64,000 nucleotides of DNA. It comes from Coniocarpon cinnabarinum. Taxonomy: Eukaryota. Made by a program: the position numbers and the translations under genes. Below the pieces are notes generated by a model. That model worked only from the letters and a program-made list of their open reading frames with translations, did no database searches and had not been told where the DNA came from. The first letter of the stretch is position 1, and each line of letters opens with the position of its first letter. Positions 11,642 to 23,477 of the stretch are shown here, in pieces. The stretch lies in the NCBI GenBank assembly GCA_051942205.1, contig JAVECO010000007.1, positions 62,001 to 126,000 of the forward strand. The letters run 5' to 3'.

Positions 11642-13318
11642 CTAATCATTTTCCCCATCGTGACCCTTTGAGGAGGGAGGAACCGGATCCACTGGTTTTT
11701 GTCGGCCCTTTGCCCGCTTCTCATTGACGTATCTGAAACTTCTCAGCGGACCCACTGTGAGAATGCCTTTGAAGCTTTGCGTGACGGTCGGCCACATGAC
11801 CGTGTTCATGACTACCTTTTTCATGGCTGACGAGATGCCCTTGTCTGTTCCGATGCGCTTGTCAAATTCATTTCCAAAGCGTCGGCTGAAGGCATCTTCA
11901 TCGTCTTTGATGCCACCAACAAGAGCATTAAATTCAGACGGCGGGAGCTTGAAGGTCGCACGGTAGTCGCTGTATAACTTGTTACGGAATGACTTTGGAA
12001 GACGCCGGACCATGTTTCCACGCTTCTTAGGATCGAGATCCTGCACTAGATTGGCGTTGACGTCCGGGTCGCCCATCCACCCTGCCTTTGAGGTGGCAGA
12101 GTCATTGAATTGCAGATTGGGCAGGCTTTCAACAAGCGGATGATAAAGCTGGCGAAAATTTGTCATCTGGCTGTCGACGATGCCATACACCTTGTCAGGT
12201 CGCTCAGCTCGAAACCGCATGCGAGGATCGCCAATATAGCTGAGGCCAGCAATACCAAAATAAAGGTCTCGTTCGGTAAACTTCTCCGGCAACATGAGCA
12301 GCGCCGTACGCAACGCTGATATTAGGTTGACTTGATTGGCTAGACGGATCTTTGGGTCATCGCGAAGAATCTTGACCGGTTTTTGTAGCCGGCCGGCGAG
12401 GTACAATGTGTTCCAGTCTGACAGATCCCTGTACAACGTGTCGAGGTTGACAACTCCATACTTGATCGAGATGCCATTAACGTTGATGTAATTATGAAAA
12501 TAAGCCCCCGCACCGAGATTGTCCTGAACATACTTCACAACGCCCGAACCAAACGAGCCCAGAAACGAATAGTGATCACGATGTTCGTTGAGATTAAGTG
12601 AATGCCAGTGCTGGGTGTGGGAGACACCAAAAATGAAGTCTATACTTTTCTGACCTGTGCTTTGCCATTTCTCCACGGCTTCCGGTGGATTCGTATGCGG
12701 TGATGGTGGCAGAATTGCCGGTGGTGTTCGGCTTTGAGGAAAGACGCCAGATCCGTAGGCAAAAGCATACCGGATAGGGGCTTTGAACTTCCACAGGACC
12801 TGCCGCAGCGCCTCTTTGAACTCTTCATTGATTATCATATGCTGATTATATCCAAAATGACGGTGCGGAAGCTGGTTGAACTTGGAAATGTTGTAATCCG
12901 GATCATCCTCCCATCCTGGGGGCATGGCTGTACCCCATGGTGACTTTTTCTCGTCGTGTTCGGAAGATGACACGGGCGAAGTATGTTCGCTGCTATTTGA
13001 CTCTGTTGCGAGGGATTCAGCAGCCGATTTGGCGGCCGGAGTTTGTCTGGAGTCACTGTCGGAGGATCGGTCGGGAGAAGGATCAGATGCGAAGAAGCGT
13101 CGTCTGAAATAATCAGGGCGACGGTGCCAGGCAAGCTGGGTCAGAAAGAAGGATTGGCCAGCGACGAATGAATGCAAGAGCCTGACGGACTGCGACTGGG
13201 TTAGTCAAGCAATATGTAACATGAAGAAGCGTGGTCCGCACCTGCTGCTGCGGAAGACCCATGACCAGGGTGTGTGGAGTGAGAGTGCTTGGCTTTTGCT
13301 AGGAGAAGGGCAAGCCAT
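11642..13318 (-). CDS. TAM41: Mitochondrial phosphatidate cytidylyltransferase Tam41 (2 exons; intron about 13182-13241)
   Basis: YAFAYGSGVFPQ, IKYGVV, LYLAGRLQKPV and LSYIGDPRM motifs. A GTGCGG donor, GACTAAC branch and CAG acceptor join an upstream ATG exon (13318, or in-frame 13330) in phase. Confidence 0.92.
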
Positions 13319-13571
13319 CGCCTCATGCATCAGTCGCGAGCATTCGCGCCGACGAGCGATGTGGTCTTGCCCTCGCTGTCGTCTTCAGATCAACGTCAGC
13401 AGCAGCCGGCTTTCTGTCGCCGTGCCTGACGATCGGTAGAGCCAGCCCGGGCCCTTGCGGCGCTTGCGGTGTTTAGATGTGTGAGCACTTGCAATCATGT
13501 GACTTGGATGGAGTTTCGTAGCACAGCTGGGCGTGCACTCACACAGCAGAAGGGGAGCACGATTCTGCTGC

Positions 13572-13590
13572 ACGCGTTTGTTTGTAAATA
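13572..13590 (+). promoter_or_regulatory. MCB element (ACGCGT) next to a forkhead site (GTAAATA), about 80-100 bp upstream of BIR1
   Basis: Sequence CACGCGTTTGTTTGTAAATA in the short TAM41/BIR1 divergent promoter. These are classic fungal cell-cycle elements and suit a mitotic gene. Confidence 0.5.
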
Positions 13591-13670
13591 GAGGTAACAG
13601 CTGCTCTTCCATTCAATTGCGCCTGCCTCTCTCATCCGCCATTGACCGAGATTCGACTTGTCCTTGCAAC

Positions 13671-15976
13671 ATGGCTCCGTCTCCCGAAATGCAGACCTTT
13701 GCTGGGCGTCTTGCCTCCTTCGACGGTCCCAAGCAGGTCAACAAGCGCCGCGCGTCTTCACAAAAGAAGAAACAGCCCACTTCGTCTTCCTGGCCACATG
13801 AAAGTCCCACTCCGGAACAAGTATGAAACGCAGCGCCCTCGAGAAAATCTAAAGACCTGCCGAATAACTGACAAGCATTTTCAGTTAGCGAAAGCCGGAT
13901 TCTTCTACAAACCTTCCTCTTCTAGTCCCGACAGTGTCACCTGCTTCCTCTGCGACAAGGCTTTGGACGGCTGGGACGTGGATGACAACCCTGCGCTCGA
14001 ACACTTGAACCACGTCCCGGACTGTGGCTGGGCGATCAATTGCTGCATCGAGCAGCGCATCGAGGATATGGATCGATCAGAGGAGGATCCCCACTCTGAG
14101 AAGATCGTCGAGGCGAGACGTGCCACTTACCGCGACTGGTGGCCACACGAGAGCAAGAAAGGTTGGAAGTGCAAGACCAAGAAGGCAAGAGCTCCGCAGC
14201 TTAGCTTGCACTTAGGACCATGCTGACTTGTGCAGATGGTCGATGCTGGCTGGTGTTACACTCCGATTCCAGAAGCCGATGACTGCGTAACATGCTTTTA
14301 CTGTGGCGCGTCATTAGAAGGTTGGGAACCGAAAGACGATCCTTGGTAAGTATCTCAAGCACATTTACATACTTACTAGCTGACCAATATCAAGGCAAGA
14401 GCATCGCAAGCGTGCGCCTGACTGTCACTTCTTCACGTTGGTTGAAGAATCTACGCAAGGTAAAAAGGCCGCAACGTCGAAGAAAGGGCGTACTTCGCGA
14501 ACGTCGAAAACATCCCGACAGTCTGTGCAGACCGTGTCAAGCTTAACAGCAGATCAATCTCTGATGCAGCTGGAAGAGGACACCATGGTTGAAGAAGGCG
14601 ACTCCGTGTTGAGCACCGCATCAAGATCGTCACGGGCTGGCAAATCAAACAAAAAACCCACAAAATCAAGAGCGGCTGCGACCCGTTCCAAGCAGGGAAA
14701 GAAGCAGGCATCTCTCATCGCAGAAGAGCCCATTACTTCTCAAATTGAAGCTGAGCTCGAACGTGAGCTGGACGAGCCAATCTCAGATGTCGAGGAATCG
14801 CGGAAGGCTTCGAAGCCCACACGAGGCCGAAAGAACACTCGCTCTTCCACGCAAAGTCTATCTGAGAAGCCGAAGCCGCCAACAGTGCGTGGTCGAAAAG
14901 CTGCACCTAAGACGACTGCAGCTTCAAGCCAAGACTCGGACATTGCACTTCAGGAAGCGATGGATTCTTCCAACGTATCTATCCAACCTCAAAAAGCCAC
15001 GCGAGGCCGCAAGCGTATGAGTGACGGATCTGTGAAGCGAGAGTCCAACTCCCTTGCAGAGTCAAGCCCTCCGGCAGAGCCTGCTCTGGACGAAGGACCA
15101 CAGGCAAAGAAGAAGACCCGGGGAAAGGGCAGATCAAAACCGATAGTGCGGAAGAGTGATGGACTTGAAGACACCATTGCATCATCATCCCCGAAAACCA
15201 AACAACGAAAGAATCCGCCGAAAGGTAGAGGGAAGGCTAAGCGGCATCAAAAAGAAGAGGAGGAGATGGCGCAGGCCGAGGAGGAGGAACCAGAGCCAGA
15301 TGATGAACCCATCGAACTAGAAGCCGAGCCTGAGCATGAGCCTGAGTATGAACCTGAGCTCGGACCCGAGCTTGAGTCTGAGCCCAATGTTGAAATACAT
15401 CACGACTCCAGCAACGAGCTCGCTGAAGAACCGCCTGACGAGCCTCTCGATGAAGCACCGAGCCGGCCGCTCCAGCAAGCTACTCCACCGCCGGGCGAAC
15501 ACCACCCACATCTTCCCTCACCGACACCGACACCCCAGTCGTCAAACGCAGAGAATGAGCCACCATCGTCGAAACCACCATCCTCAAAACCCGCCACCTC
15601 CCAGCGCAGATCTCCACCCCTCGTCTCACCACCTGCTCAACACACACAAACACCTCGTACCTCACCTTCGAAGCGGAATATGATCGAAGGCAATCAAACA
15701 TCCAAAGACGCATGGAAGCCTGTCGATCTCGAAAGCGTCTTCTTGCCTTCTCCAGCATCTCACGTACATCTTGCCAACGACGATGGCTTCAATATCGAGA
15801 CCATCATTCAGACTCTTACGCAATCAGAGCGGGAGTTGACGGTCGAAGACTGGATCAAGAAGAATGCAGGCGAGGCTGAGGACAGGCTCAGAAGGCAATG
15901 TGAAAGGATGATTGGCAAGTTTGAGGACGAGGGTAACCGGGCGCTGAATACTATGGAGGGGATTGAGTGTGCTTGA
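13671..15976 (+). CDS. BIR1: BIR-repeat chromosome passenger protein Bir1/survivin-like (introns 13821-13884, 14185-14235 GC-AG, 14346-14394)
   Basis: Two BIR domains (LAKAGFFY..CFLC..LDGW..EHL..C; MVDAGW..CFYC..LEGWEPKDDPWQEH..C), a long charged linker, and a C-terminal LTVEDWI..CERMIGKFEDEGNRAL helix. Confidence 0.92.
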
Positions 15977-16601
15977 GACCTTTGGAATTGTACGAGTGAT
16001 GCAATGACAAGGATAATGGGTTTTAATGAATACAGCTGATGAGCTTTTGACTTGCTTGAATCCAGAACCCATATCATTTCTTGTCTGGAATATCTCTTCG
16101 TGATCTGGGAAATGCATGGCGACGCCCACTGTCAGGAAGATCACGTTTCGACGCGCATCCGCAACATCTACGACCAAACACAGTCCGCTTTTCTTGAAAG
16201 ACACAACGAGCTCATCGCTCGTTTCTGAGGATCGTCGTAGCACGCTCGCCGCATTCACAGTAATCAAGAGCCGAGTACATGGTCCTCACCGGAATATCTG
16301 ACGTAGGTGCGTCGAGCTTAGGAAAAACAGTCAGTCGTCCGTCGCTGTCCCAACTCTTCCAGAGTACCGAAGACCCACTTGCTGAGTTCGTTGTCGTTCT
16401 TTGACTTGGAGCTTGGGTCGTGCTTGTCGCGGCTCGTCTTTTGATATGGTCTGTATGTGCTGTTGAGTAGTGAGAATGGCTGGAATGTGGCTCGAACGGC
16501 GGTGCGAACTTGTTCGGTTGCCCATCGGTAGGGACGTTGACGTATTCCAGTGACATATCTGACTTCTGTTCATCGCGCGTATATAGCAGTCAGTCAGTCG
16601 G

Positions 16602-17703
16602 TCAATTCGTCACTCGGTCAATATCAGGCAGATCAACATGGACGCGTAGACTCTCCAGCCTCGACGCAAGTCGTTGCGCATGATCAGGCACCTCCCCGCC
16701 ACGCGCCAAAGTCGCCGATTCCTTCGCCCGCCTCGCGCGCCTCGCCATCTTCTTCTCCGTCTCCGTGAGCCCTTCTTTTTCCATTTCCTCCTCCAGCATG
16801 CGGCGCTTGATCTCTTCTTCTTCCTTGCGGAGCTCCTTTTCTTCTTCCTTCCGGTGCTTCATTTCCTCTTCTTCCTTCCGGCGCTTCATTGCTTCTTCAG
16901 ATTTCCTTCGGTCGTAGTCGACGTTGGCTTCGGGGATGCTCATGTATTTGCGTTCCTCGCGCCCACCTGATCGGCTCCGGCTGCGGCTGCGGCTGCGTCT
17001 GCGGCTGCGTCTGCGACCACTCTTTTTCATTGATTCCCGAAAGGAGTACCGCTCGGCTCTGGCTGTTGCGGGTCTCGGCTGGATGGAAAGCGTGGCTGTG
17101 AACTGGACCGGTGCGCTGGAGTCTGTACTTAGCTGCAAAGGGACATTCGCCAGGCTGGTCAAAGCATCCATAGACGGCAGTCTCGGTGTGGAACCAGAAC
17201 CAGAAGAACCTGGCGGGCTTCGAGAGCCGCCGATAGCTGGAGGAGGAGGTGCTGCAGGGCTTGAGAAACTAGCGTAGGAGAGGCTTGTGTGCAAGAAGAG
17301 AAAGTCCATCTGGATCTGTTTCATTCGCCTCTGCTTCTCGCTAAGATCCGTCTTGTCCATCAGCCATTTCATGCGTTCGGACGATGGAAGGCGGTCAGTT
17401 AGCTCGCGGTCGAGGTTGCAACGCTCTTTGATCTCTTCGAACAATGTGCGGCTCTGTTGCCATCAGCCCCTGGGAGATCTGTAAGAGGGAGGGGACCAAG
17501 TTCGAACCTTTTTGACGAGGGACTTGGCCTGCTTTTTGAAGTTTGCAGGTAGCGTGTCAGGCGCTCGATCCATGAGTGCAGCAAGATTGTCGAAAAGACC
17601 GTTCGTGAATTCGAGATCGGTTGCGAGATCTTCAATTTGGATCCGCGCATATCTGAGGTTTTTATACGTCTTTCTAAGGAGAGACTGTGCCTCGTTGCCG
17701 AAA
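16602..17703 (-). CDS. Hypothetical spliced protein: N-terminal helical region, RS-repeat and E/K/R coiled coil; true start and end uncertain
   Basis: An exon reading FGNEAQSLLRKTYKNLRYARIQIEDLATDLEF...LVKK splices (GTTCGA..GCTGAT..CAG) into the 280-aa ORF containing RSRRRSRSRSRSRS and KEEE repeats. Confidence 0.5.
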
Positions 17704-19057
17704 CTGCAGATTGATGTCAGCCATCCCCATCATACTTCTTACTGTCGACTAAGGCCCAGTTCAACACGCAGAGGATGTCCTCCTCATCTTGCAATGCTTT
17801 TGTTATGAATCTTGCTACGCGCATCGATTGCAAAAGCAGGCGCAAGGGCTATCTCAGACGCTATTGCAGTATTACATTGAGCCTGACAACCCAAGCAACA
17901 TATATGAGCATACCTGATGAGGCCGACAACGCCGGTCGTAATGCTGAGCGGGTCCATAGGTCACGTTCACTAGATAAGACCTCGACGATGTAAATACGTT
18001 TTACGCATGGGTTTTGGTTCTCGATGGATGTTCTTGAGTACGACGAGCGAAACGGCAGTGGCTTCTTACGACGACAAAAAGATCAGTGAGGCGGAGCAGG
18101 TGCAGTATGCAAGGCGACACTCTTGCCTGGTATGCCGACCTGTCTTGGGAAAGGATTTCGAGGACCAACGCAAACGTCGTGTATGAAGTAGCAGCTGTGA
18201 CCCTGCTGAATTTCTATGCAGAAACGTTTGCCTAGTCTTAAGCGCAATTGCATAGCCACCCTCAGATCCTCTGCCTTTGAGCTCAATGTTCGCTGCACAT
18301 TAGGTTGCATGCTGGGCCGAAAGTTGAAGACAGAAGAGACAAATCTCGATTTGCCCTCGAGCGAAGTTGCCAGTCACTATCATCCTGCAGTGTCGCCGTG
18401 GAAGCGGTCGGTCATCGCTGTGACTGCAAGCTGGAGCTACAAGGTAACAGGATGTGTGATTGATGCAGTCAAGATGCCTGATCATAATATTTTCCAACTG
18501 ACAGCACGATTGGGTGAACGGAACAACCATATAGCACTCTGTGACCCCTGGACTCGAGAAGAATGTTTTGCAGGCGTTCTTGGCGCTATTCCGGCCGGCC
18601 CTGCTTTTGCACGTGATGTCCTGCATCCCATCGCAACTCCCTACCATGGCGTCTTGCTTGTGTTCATTGAAATAACTGACTTGTGAGATGAGTCGGACAG
18701 GTGTCAGAGGATGGTAATGTGTACATGGACTTTTAACCTCGACAATAATCTGTCGAAGATGATTCTTTCTAGTTGAAACGCAATGCAAATGCAAATACTC
18801 AGAATATCCAGTTGGTAAGAAGTATGAACTCTGTGATTGACTCGAAATTTTCGATGCATTGGAGGCCTTCAGATGCCTACAGTGGAACGTGTTGCTTACA
18901 CAGAATGGCATAGTAAGTTACAGCTTTCATGAATACTCAACAATTCCATTTCCCTTCCCTTCATGAACATTAAGAACAAGTCCTGAAACCAATCTCCCCA
19001 TCGCCAATCGCGCCATGACTTGTTCTTCGGACAACACGGCTATACTCCCGTGGAGGC

Positions 19058-20106
19058 TTACTCCAGATATTCACCCCCCGTGTCTCGATGACACAGGTCA
19101 AACAAAGGCTTCGCGCTGAACCATCCTGCACGGTGCGTCCCTACGGTCTGATACGTAAACTTCGCATCGTCCTCTGCGATTTTCTTGGTCGTGCCCGCCG
19201 CATCTGCCATGAGTTGCGCCTGGCAGCATTTCTCCATACTGATGAACCAAAACACGGCCTCCTCCACCGAGTGGCCCACGGTCAGTAACCCGTGATTCTG
19301 CAACAACGCGGCCTTCTTGTTTCCCAAGCATTTGGCAATATTCTGGCCTTCTTCCTCGGCCAGGACGACGCCATTGAAGTTCTCATACACGACATGGTCG
19401 TCATGGAAAGCGCAGGAGTCCTGTGTGATGATGTCAAGCTCCTTGCCGAGGGCGCAGAAGGCGCGGCCGTGAATGGAGTGGGAATGCGCGGCAGCGACGA
19501 CATCCGGACGGGCGGTGTGGATGGCGTGGTGAATCATGTAGGCGGCCGTGTTGAGGAGACGAGTGGGGCCGCCCTCGAGGATCTGGGCTCCTTCGCCGAT
19601 GCGGATGAGATCTGAGGATTTCATGAGGCTGAAGGAGACGCCGAAGGGGTTGACCCAGAAGGTATTGGGGTCGACGGGGTCCTGTTGGTATGGTGAGTGG
19701 GGATTTTAGCGTGAAAGAGGAAGAAAAGGCTATCTTCTGGATTTGAATGAGGTAGGCAAAGGTTATGAAGAAGACGCACGCGTAAGGTGATATGACCGGC
19801 GACACCCTCGTCGAAGCCATATTTCCCAAAAATACGGAACGCAGCTGCCAGTTTGCCTTTCAGATATGCCCGCTCCTTGAGCTTGTCCTCGAAGACTGGT
19901 GGAGCAGGGCTTAAAATTGGTATTAGCTGTTGTAGGTGATGAGCAATTCGAGTCTTTCAACCAGGAACGCACAACTTCATAGCCTCGCCCCTCGCCTTGT
20001 GCTCTGATAATCCAGGCTCCAGTGGAACCTTTGAGGTGCCGTTGGCCCCATTCGGCGCGTCATCAGGCACAGTCTCATAGATTCGGTCAATGGATGGCGG
20101 TGACAT
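19058..20106 (-). CDS. Class II aldolase/adducin N-terminal domain protein (3 exons)
   Basis: LAAAFRIFGKYGFDEGVAGHITLR|DPVDPNTFWVNPFG, IHHAIHTARPDVVAAAHSHS and LLQNHG metal-binding motifs. Two introns with GTGCGT donors. Confidence 0.92.
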
Positions 20107-21692
20107 GGTGATGATGTTTCGTCTCCTCGTTTAATGTGCACTTTCTTGATGCAATTTGGGATTCGAGTTGGATAAACAATCGCGAACATGAGAAGTCATG
20201 AAGTGCACGCCCTATTGGAGTCAGATTGCTTTATGGATGAGCTTCCCCGCAGGGCGCCATCGCTGGCGGTGTGTGAGATGTACACGTTCGCTGTTTTGAT
20301 TCACCGCAACGACGAACTGCGTCTCCTCGGTTCGGCACATATTCTCGCGCCTGTTCACGTGCCTTACGAGCTCGCCGAAACCTGTGATAGTACTTGCCGC
20401 ACTAGAATTCAGTGTCTTATCACTAATAAAGGCCGATTGCCGCTGTACTCGTGGATTTGAGACCTGAATTGTGCTTATCGCATAGGTTCGTCGCCTAGGC
20501 TGAGATCCGGCAGTGGCTTTCGTCTCTGACCCTTGCTGCATGCGGTCATTCACTTGGTGAACCATAAGTGCAGGCATTGATGTTGTTAGCTTCATATCGA
20601 GATAATCCCTGTCAGACAGCTGAACTAGTGTGACGAGTCACTGGACATCACCATTTTGACTCGACAACAAGCAAAATGCTCGGGAAAGTGAATGGCAATC
20701 TTCAAAAGCAGGAAGGAGTGCTCGTTGCAGTCGAGAGCGTTGTTACCATGAGCAGCCTGTTGTTGTTTGATTACGAAAGTCTTCTATTACTAGGTAGCAA
20801 CCTTGACTCAACCGTTCACAAATGTTACTGTGCCGTGTCTTTGACATCCGTTGCGATTCGTTGATCGACCGAGCCTTGGCATTTCTCGTAGGGACACCTT
20901 ATGTTTGAATGACGAAGCTCTGTGCCCATGCGCAAACTTATTCAGCTGGATGAGAGTGACGCCACGAGTGATGCACATGCAGTAGAGAACAACTCTGCAT
21001 ACACCGAGGATGTGTTGACCTCGCTTGGGCTACAGTGTACGGCCTGCAAAACTTCCACAAGTCGAGCGAAGGATATGCACTGTTCCTCAGTCAGCGCTCT
21101 GAGGCAGACAGTCAACCACCTCATACAAGAAGACGACGTAAACAAAGGCATAGTAGTTCACCGATACCGTGGTCTGCTCTGTCGTCAACGTTCTTGGTGC
21201 TCGAGTGTTACACAAAGAGGAACTGGTCTTGAAATAGCACAATAGAAGCGGTTTAGTGCGTTTGACAGTATTTCTTACTTATTAAGTGGTACACATGAGA
21301 CATGTGTCTCTCTCAGACGTCTCTAATACAGACGTAATCTGGCCTTCTTGGATGGAAGCGCGACCACTTGCTTACCCCCCCAGGCTGAACCCTAGCGTAG
21401 ACGTCACGCCGGAGCCGAGCGCTTGGTGTCTACGCAGACCTGTGCGGGCTAAGACGGCCCGATGAAGTGGATTATGCCCCCACCAGAAGCCGTGAAGTTC
21501 GAGCATGAGCTATGAGCTTTTGGAGAATGATCCCGTCTGTGCTCGACGGCAACTGAACGCGCAGTTGCCCGAAGGAGACACCCAAGTTGCGGTGTTGAGC
21601 AGATCTGAACGGTGATATTTCCCGAATGCAGGTACCATGCCTCACCATCTTTTGCGATCGCCTGGTTGCCGAGATCGGCTCTGGTGGATTCG

Positions 21693-23103
21693 TGAAACAT
21701 GCAACGGCTTTTGAAGCAGATGCGATGGGCGATCAAGCATGCAGGGGAGCTGGACGCACCGTGAGCTCTCGACCATCACAGGGCTTGCGCCTAGGCATGA
21801 GTTGGGAGAATCCGAGTGCAGCCAATGGCATGTTTCAGAGTACGAGCTGTCCAGGATGTCAATGAAATGTTGGTCCAGCGACAACAAAACCACACGACGC
21901 CGTGAGGGCGAGCCGAAGCATTCTTGGCCGCTGTGATGTGGGATGGTGGGCAGGTCGGATCAAGGAGGGTGACTCGGAGAAAGTCATGGCCTGCAGCGAG
22001 GCCTTGCGCATTGGACCAATCGTAGCCACGCCCTCAACGACCGAACACGGTCTGCCTCGCACCTATGCGTGCGCAGCAACAAGACCGTGCGCCGCCTCAA
22101 TGCGCTCCGGCCGGACTTTGCGAAGCGCTGCTGACCGCGAAGTTGGGGCATGAAATAGGTGAGCAGACGCGTTTCCTCGCCTCGAAGATGGGATGGAGGG
22201 GCAAGTGTTTCAGGTGGCAGACAATAACACCAACATGAGCGCTGCATGCATTAGTCTACGAGCAGCGCTGCTCCCCTGACGTGCGCCAAAGTCACGTTGA
22301 AAGGCAAAAGGGCAAGGCTTTGAGTCTGGGTGCGCACGGGGCGTGAGGATTGGGAAAGTTTGCGGCGCGAGTGATGCCCTGGGATGGACCGCGATGGTGA
22401 AACACACAGTGCTCACGCGCTACCCCTGCAGGGCGCGAGGGCAGGAACTTTGAGTAAGGTAATGGAAGATGGAGTGCCGACACACTTTTTTCTTTTGCTC
22501 TTGCGCGCGGCGGCTGCAACGCTCTCGATCCATGTGGCGAGCGACAGAGGACGCGTCGACCGAGGCAGCGCCCAGAGTGTGAACGTTAGGTCCGTTGTTG
22601 AATGAGTCTCCAACGCCGTGCCGAGAACACATCCAGAGCCGCAGATGCGACGGCAGATGCACGACCAGAAGGGCGACCAGGTACCTGCTTGGCTGCGCGC
22701 CTCACGCAGCTCAAAGGAGACAAGAGACAGTGTGCGATGGACCAATGTCGACAGCAACATTGAAGAGGCTGCTGCGCGCATCAGATGGGGGTGTGGAGTG
22801 GGGGAGTTGGAGGAGAGCGATGAGAGGCTGGCAGTGACGGGCGGGAGGCGCAGAAGAGGAAAGGGAGGAAATGGAGATGTCGGTGCGGGAGATGGCCCGA
22901 GCGCTCGGCGGATGCGGGACGTGATTGGCTGCAGACCCTGGGCGCCTCGCCAGGCAGCTGCAGCCTTTCCAGCCGGAACAGCGCTGGATCTGTAACCGCT
23001 CACTCTTTTCTTGCCCACCGCTCTAATCCCAAACCTGCCCGCCCACCGCCTGCACCACCCACACCCACACCTCCCCTTCCTGCTCCTCTCGTGGTCTGTT
23101 TCA
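21693..23103. promoter_or_regulatory. Four pheromone-response-element heptamers (TGAAACA) upstream of STE12
   Basis: TGAAACA at 21693 and 22398; TGTTTCA at 22206 and 23097. Confidence 0.55.
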
Positions 23104-23477
23104 TCTGCCCGCACGCAGCCCTTCCCTCTTCCAAGCTTTCTCTCTCTCACGCATTCCCACACATTGACCCCGTCTCGTCCACCTACATCACTGTTTCGGC
23201 GTGCTCGCCATCATCATCATTGACTTCTCTTCTCTCACCCTTCCACATCCACGGAGCGTTGACGTTCTCTTTCCTCTTCCCTTTGCCATCCTCTTCTCTC
23301 CGCCTCGAGCTGGCCTCGAAGTGTCGTTCGTTTCTCGCCGCCGCTTCGGCCTTTTCGACTCTGCCGTTTCAGATTTGCAACACCTGAGACTGGTCTCGTT
23401 TTGCCTCTGAAAGATTCTTCACCACACGTCTTGACCTGCTACGACTCCTTCAGCTTCGCTGTCGCTGGTAGCCGTCG

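Noticed and set aside
18300..18911. 203-aa Cys-rich ORF on the minus strand
   Set aside because: No signal peptide, periodic Cys pattern or recognisable domain; composition is like translated intergenic DNA.
22413..23162. 249-aa ORF and overlapping ORFs in the STE12 upstream region (likewise 45055-46829)
   Set aside because: Low-complexity products of GC-rich or purine-pyrimidine-skewed promoter DNA with no domain features.
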